A DNA stretch of 64,000 nucleotides, taken from NCBI GenBank assembly GCA_001179505.1, contig CDMY01000389.1:25785-89784 (forward strand), given 5' to 3'. Origin of the DNA: Vitrella brassicaformis CCMP3155. Lineage: Eukaryota > Protista > Chromerida. Below, in pieces: positions 58,862 to 64,000 of this stretch (position 1 is its first letter; every line of letters starts with the position of its first letter). Both the position numbers and the translations under genes were made by a program. The notes below the pieces were generated by a model that worked only from the letters and a program-made list of their open reading frames with translations, ran no database searches and was not told where the DNA came from.

Positions 58862-61800
58862 TCATCCCACCCCCTTCTGCGTCTTCGCTGGTCATCATAC
58901 CGTTCGCGAGATCTGCTCCTGTCACGGTCACGGTCTCGGTCACGGTCACGGTCACGATTATAGCTATCACGGTCTACACAAACAAAGAGGGACACACATC
59001 AGAGTCGCTCATGAGCGGACACACACATCAGAGTCGCTCATGAGCCGGCCATGGTGGGGAGGACTCACCTCTGTATCGGTCTCTCCGTCGGTCGTCGTCT
59101 TCGTCCCTCTCTCGGCGACGAGGTGACCGCCTGCCGTCTCTCTCCCGGTCCTCCCGGCCCCGCCTGCCCTCCTCCCTCCCGCCATCGCGGCCGCCGTCCA
59201 CGGCACCGGGGCGGGAGCCCACGCCGTCGCTCGTCACCCTAGCCGCTATCTTTTCGGCCGCCCGCCTCGCCGCAAGGATGGCCGGATGGATGCCTGCACT
59301 GGTTGCGGCACCCGCCCCACCCAACGCCCTCTTGCTCTTCTTGTCCTCCTCATCGCTCGACAGGTCATCCTCGGGATTGACAACAAGACCGAGACCACGG
59401 TTGGCAGTGCCCTCCATGTGCAGCGAATGGGGGGCGTGCGCGCTGTCCCATCTCGACCCACCCCCACCTGCACCCCCATCGCCGCCCTTGTCCTTCGCAA
59501 AGCCGACACCGGCATGACCACGGGCGGTTGCTTGGCCACCATGCCCACTGTCACCCGTCTGCTGCTGTAGCTGCTGTGGCTGTTGCTGTGTCTGCATGGT
59601 CTGCGCGGGGATGCCGGCCATGCCTTGCGGCACTGCACCAGTGGGCATTGCCGACGAAAGGCCGGGGATGCCGGGGATCTTGGCCGGCTGAGGGGGTGGG
59701 GCCGCATTGGTGGGCTTCCCTTGTGTCGACGGCAGGAACGTGATGCCCGCCGTCTGCTTGGTGGTGGACGCAGGCAGAAAGGACGCTGATGCTCCTGGCC
59801 CCCTGCCCGCTGCCAGCGCCATCGGGCCGGCCGGGGCGGAGGGCTGGCTGCCTTTGGGCCCCGCTGCTGCTGCTGATTTGGATGGCTGGGCGAATCGGCT
59901 GAAGCCTAGACCAGCCGATGATGGGCCGGATGACTTGAACTGCTTGGCCTCTTTTTTGGTGCTGACGAACTTGAGGCCCGAGAGGCGAGCCGACTTGAAG
60001 GGACCTGCATGGACAGAGTCAGACAGATGGATAAATAAGGCAACAGATGAGGGGTGAGATCGACGCTCGTGCTGCTGCTTGACGCACCCACCATGGGTCA
60101 GTGCCAGGTCCAGCAGCTGCTGCGGAACGGCCTGGTGAGCAGTCTGAAGAGGCAAACAGGTTGGCGGATGAACACCTCTCCACACACAACACATGGCTGT
60201 GTTGTTCCCTCCCACGGGCTGCCCACGTACCTCAAGATTCTGCACGAGGTGCGCGGCCATCTTGGCCTCGGCCTTGGTGATGAAGGTGTATGCCACGCCC
60301 AGCCTACCAGCCCGGCCAGTGCGGCCCACGCGATGTGTGTGGGTCTCGATGTCCCTTGCAACATCCAGGTTGAGCACCACACTGATGGAGGGAATGTCCA
60401 GGCCGCGGGAAGCAACGTCCTGAACACACACACACGAACAACACAAGGTGTTTGCAGACGGCGGGCATGTGTGTGGGCCGGTAGTTGGTTTACTTACTGT
60501 TGCGACGAGAATCTTGATTTGTTGTTTCTTGAGGTTGGCCATGACCTCCATGCGATGGCTCTGGTCCATGTCGCCGTGCAGACCGACAGCTATCAAGACA
60601 GACAGCAGACACACAAACACATACATACACACATGGCGTGGTGGGCATGGCAGATCCTCACCCTGCATGTGGAAGCTGTCCTTGAGCTCATTCGCCCAGT
60701 GCTCGACCTTGGCCTGCGAGTTGACGAACATCAGCAGCTGGCCCTCCTGCGGCACTATCTTTTGCAGATTCGCACCTGAGACCACACACGACACGAAACA
60801 GGCAAGCCGAGTGGAGCACTGCAGTGGTGCAATGGCCCCATTCGCCTCCTTTAAAGCCTACCGAGCCACATCGCCTTTCGCTCATCGTTCTCAACGACAA
60901 TGACGCGCTGTTCGACGTGCTCGGCAGCCTGAAACGAGATGACAGATGGACACGAGCACATGACGTCGCGTATCTGTGACAGTGATGCCGTCTTTACGTG
61001 TCCCGCGACGCCGATGCTGATGCGCACAGGGCTCTTAAGAAGGTCCCTGCAACACACAAGAGACGCAACAGAACCCGTCTGGCCCACACCCCTCCCTCTA
61101 TCTGTCCTCGTCTCACCTCGCGAGCCGTTCAATCTTCGTAGGCATTGTCGCCGAGAAGAGCAGTGTCTGCCGGTCGGGGCGGACATTCGTGACGATGCTG
61201 CGGACCTGGCACAGTGCCAAACAACAAAAAAAGAGCAATCACGATGGAGGTGTGGATGGAACGGCCTGCCCTCGACAGACCTGTTTCTCGAAGCCCATGG
61301 CGAGCATGCGGTCGGCCTCATCGAGGACGACCATAGTGACCCTCTGGAGTGTGAACCCCTTCATCTTGACAATGTCGATGAAGCGGCCCGGGTTGGCGAT
61401 GCACACCTCCGCCCCCTTGCGCAGCAGCTTGAACTGATCCGTTTTGTTCAGGCCTCCTGCCAGCACGACACTCCTGCACACCCATAGAGGAGAGGACACG
61501 AGCAGGCAGCCATGTGCAGACAGACCAGCAGCATGTGTGTACCTGTGCTGCGCTCACCCGAGTCCAGAGTTCTTTGCGAATGCCCGGAACTCGCTGTCGA
61601 TCTGAAGCGCCAGCTCTCTGCACAGCCAACGGTGGCAGTTGCCGTCAGACGTGTGTCTGTAGTCATCCTGTGCTGACCGTGTCGGACACAGGACGATAGC
61701 GATCGGCCCTTCACCGGTCTCCAACTCACGCTGAGGAAGGGGAGAAACACAGAGATAGGTGTCGGTCTCCCGGCACGTCTTCATGCAGTGACTGACCTGG

Positions 61801-62650
61801 TCGAGGCAGTGGACGATGATGGGTATGAGGTAGGCCGCCGTCTTCCCGGAGCCCGTCTCGGCTATGCCGATCACATCACGACCCGCCAACGCAGCGGGGG
61901 CCGCCTACACACACACACACACACACACGGAGAGAGAGAAAGCAACACACAACCATTGTAGGCAGCGTCTGCATGTGTGGCGATGAATGAAGGGCATCTC
62001 TCAGCCATCACACAGCCATGCCATGCAGGTGAGCGCACGCGGCTCTCTCTCTGTCACTTGTGTCTTCGGTCCGTTTACAATGGCGCGGAGCACTTGAGCG
62101 CGCCACCAAGAATTGAACCGGTACGTATAGATAAACACATGCATTGATATGTGTGTGTACCTACCTGGCACTGAATGGGCGTGGGTGTGCTGTAGCCGTG
62201 ACGAGATATCGCCGTCATGAGCTTCTGAAGCGCACACAGAGAAAACGAAAGAATGGGCACACATCGAGGCGGCGAAGGTGTCTGCCTGACCTCGCCGAGC
62301 TGCAGGTGTGCGAACGAGCAAACCGGTCTGGGCACACTGATGCCCGTCGCACTGATCTCCATCGACTTGCGGAGGCTGTCCACTTCATCGAACGTCAGCT
62401 TCGCTATCTCGCCGTGCTCCTTGTAGAAATCCTGAACACAGCGAGCCGCACAAACGCGCACACATATCAATGTGTACACACACAAGTGCATCACTGTCTG
62501 TCCGGCTCCTGATACAAGTGTCCTCACCTTCTTGAATGGCTCGTATTTGACCTTCGAGTGGTCGGTGGGGTCCAGTGGTGCGATCTCTCTGGTGAACTTG
62601 GCCTCTGCCTCCTCCTCGGGATCCAGTGCCTTCGCCGTCGCATACACCTG

Positions 62651-62689
<39 letters not shown>

Positions 62690-63299
62690 ACACATACACA
62701 CACATTGCAAACGAGGGTGGATCGGCCGGTCGATCGCCTTGATGCTCGTCACTCGCTGACCTCTTCATCGGAGTTGTAGCCGTCGTCCCCATCTTGTTTC
62801 TGCTCTTTTTTGTCGTTCTTGGCACCGTTGGCTGCCGCTTCCTCGGCAGCACGCTGCGCCTGATCGATACACACAGAGGCAGACAGACAGACAGACCCAG
62901 TTGATGTGTGACAGTGTGTCGGCGGCTCTGTGAGGTGCTCACCTGCAGGTACTCATAGAAGGACTCCAGCGGATCTTCGGCCTTCAACTCGTGAGGATCT
63001 TGCTGATGGATGGATGCAACACACACACAGATATCGCATCTATCGTTGTCTGATCTACACACACATCCGCTTGGCGTAAGTACCCTTCTCGGCTTGTGTT
63101 CCTCGGGTTTCCTCTTGGCCGTCTCGGCGTGCTGCTTCTTGACCTCGCTGTGGATGTCCTTCATGAAGGCCTCCAGCGGGTCCGCACCTCCGCTGCCCTC
63201 CCCAGCCGCCGGTGCATGCGTCATTTCCTCTTCCTCGTTGAAGTAATCGTCATCGTCGCCATCAAAGCCGCGACGGCGGCCACGCCCGAAGCCAGACAT
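58862..63299 (-). CDS. DDX42: DEAD-box RNA helicase DDX42 (SF3b125)
   Basis: DPLEAFM, PTPIQ (Q motif), [54 protein letters not shown] (DDX42-type motif VI context). The last exon encodes an RD/RS tail ending GVG* at 58862. Confidence 0.93.
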
Positions 63300-63481
63300 C
63301 CTGGCGGCGCTGGCGGTGGCTTTAATGACGCGTCCCGATTTGTTTGCGAGCTGAGCATGCTTTGACGGAAAAATTCTTACCCTTAACCACCCCCCATCAG
63401 GGAAAGCACGAACGAGGTCCGTGTAGGTTTTGCGTCATCCCAGGGGGGAATCCGTGTCGTTGATCTTTGCTGACTGCCGCG

Positions 63482-64000
63482 ATGAGTGAACTGGTTGAGG
63501 GCGGCTGCCTGTGCGGCACAGCGCTTCACGATCCGCATGACTGACGCGGAGCCCATTCATCCGCCCACCCTCTGCTGCTGCCGTATGTGCCAGAAATGCC
63601 TCGGTAAGTTCCAATGCTCTCTCTTCACCCGTGCGCGATACGTCTCGTCTGTGTGCCTCATTTTTTGGTGTGCTTTGTGTTGTGCAGGTGCTCCGGCGGG
63701 CCTGTTCATGTGCGTTGACCGTGAGAACTTCACTCTGACCAGCACCGCGGAAGTCAAGACGTGCGAGACCTGGCACACGACCTGTCGGAACGTCCGCATG
63801 TTCTGCAGCAAGTGCGGGGCGCACTTCGCGTTCGAGTCGCCCACGGATCTGCCAGGTGGGTGGGGTGTGGTGTGTCTGCCGCACGATGACAGACAGACAG
63901 GGAGGCACCTCTGCATCGATTGGCTCTGTCTGTGTGTGTGTGTGTGTCAGGTATGGTGACGGTAGCTGTGTGCTGTTTCGACGACCCGTCCAAGTATCCC
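63482..64000 (+). CDS. GFA / CENP-V family gene, second copy (runs off window; same frameshift)
   Basis: Identical to 11458-11976; head-to-head with DDX42, about 180 bp apart. Confidence 0.8.

Noticed and set aside
1-64000. rRNA, tRNA, transposase or reverse-transcriptase genes
   Set aside because: None recognised by eye; a tRNAscan/Infernal/RepeatMasker run would be needed to exclude them formally.

Overview
This is intron-rich, GC-rich eukaryotic nuclear DNA. The introns are full of (GTCT)n, (CA)n and (ATCC)n tracts. Together with plastid-type bipartite leaders, ApiAP2-like domains and an oocyst-wall-type protein, this points to a chromerid alveolate, most likely Vitrella brassicaformis (inference). 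Four exactly 300-N scaffold gaps are present (10954-11253, 16295-16594, 21504-21803, 57269-57568). Recognisable genes: LETM1-like, TLC-domain, GFA/CENP-V (two identical copies with the same frameshift), plastid SufA/IscA, a bacterial-type solute-binding-protein+vWA membrane protein, a COWP-like Cys/Tyr repeat protein, a BRCT protein and DDX42. Lineage-specific duplicated families: AP2-like x3 + SAM-like x2 genes, RS-rich degenerate KH + SAM-like genes, F-box-like genes, TLDc relics and tandem CBM25-like modules. The most unusual item is a secreted or membrane protein gene (39448 to about 35330, minus strand) in which a GH13 alpha-amylase N-terminus is split by an inserted, apparently inactive Rrp6/RNase D exonuclease+HRDC module; both junctions lie inside single open exons. 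Second is a co-duplicated pair of putative DNA-binding (AP2) and RNA-binding (KH) genes that share a SAM-like tail and an intron position. All domain calls come from motif recognition by eye; no searches were run, and exon boundaries are approximate.
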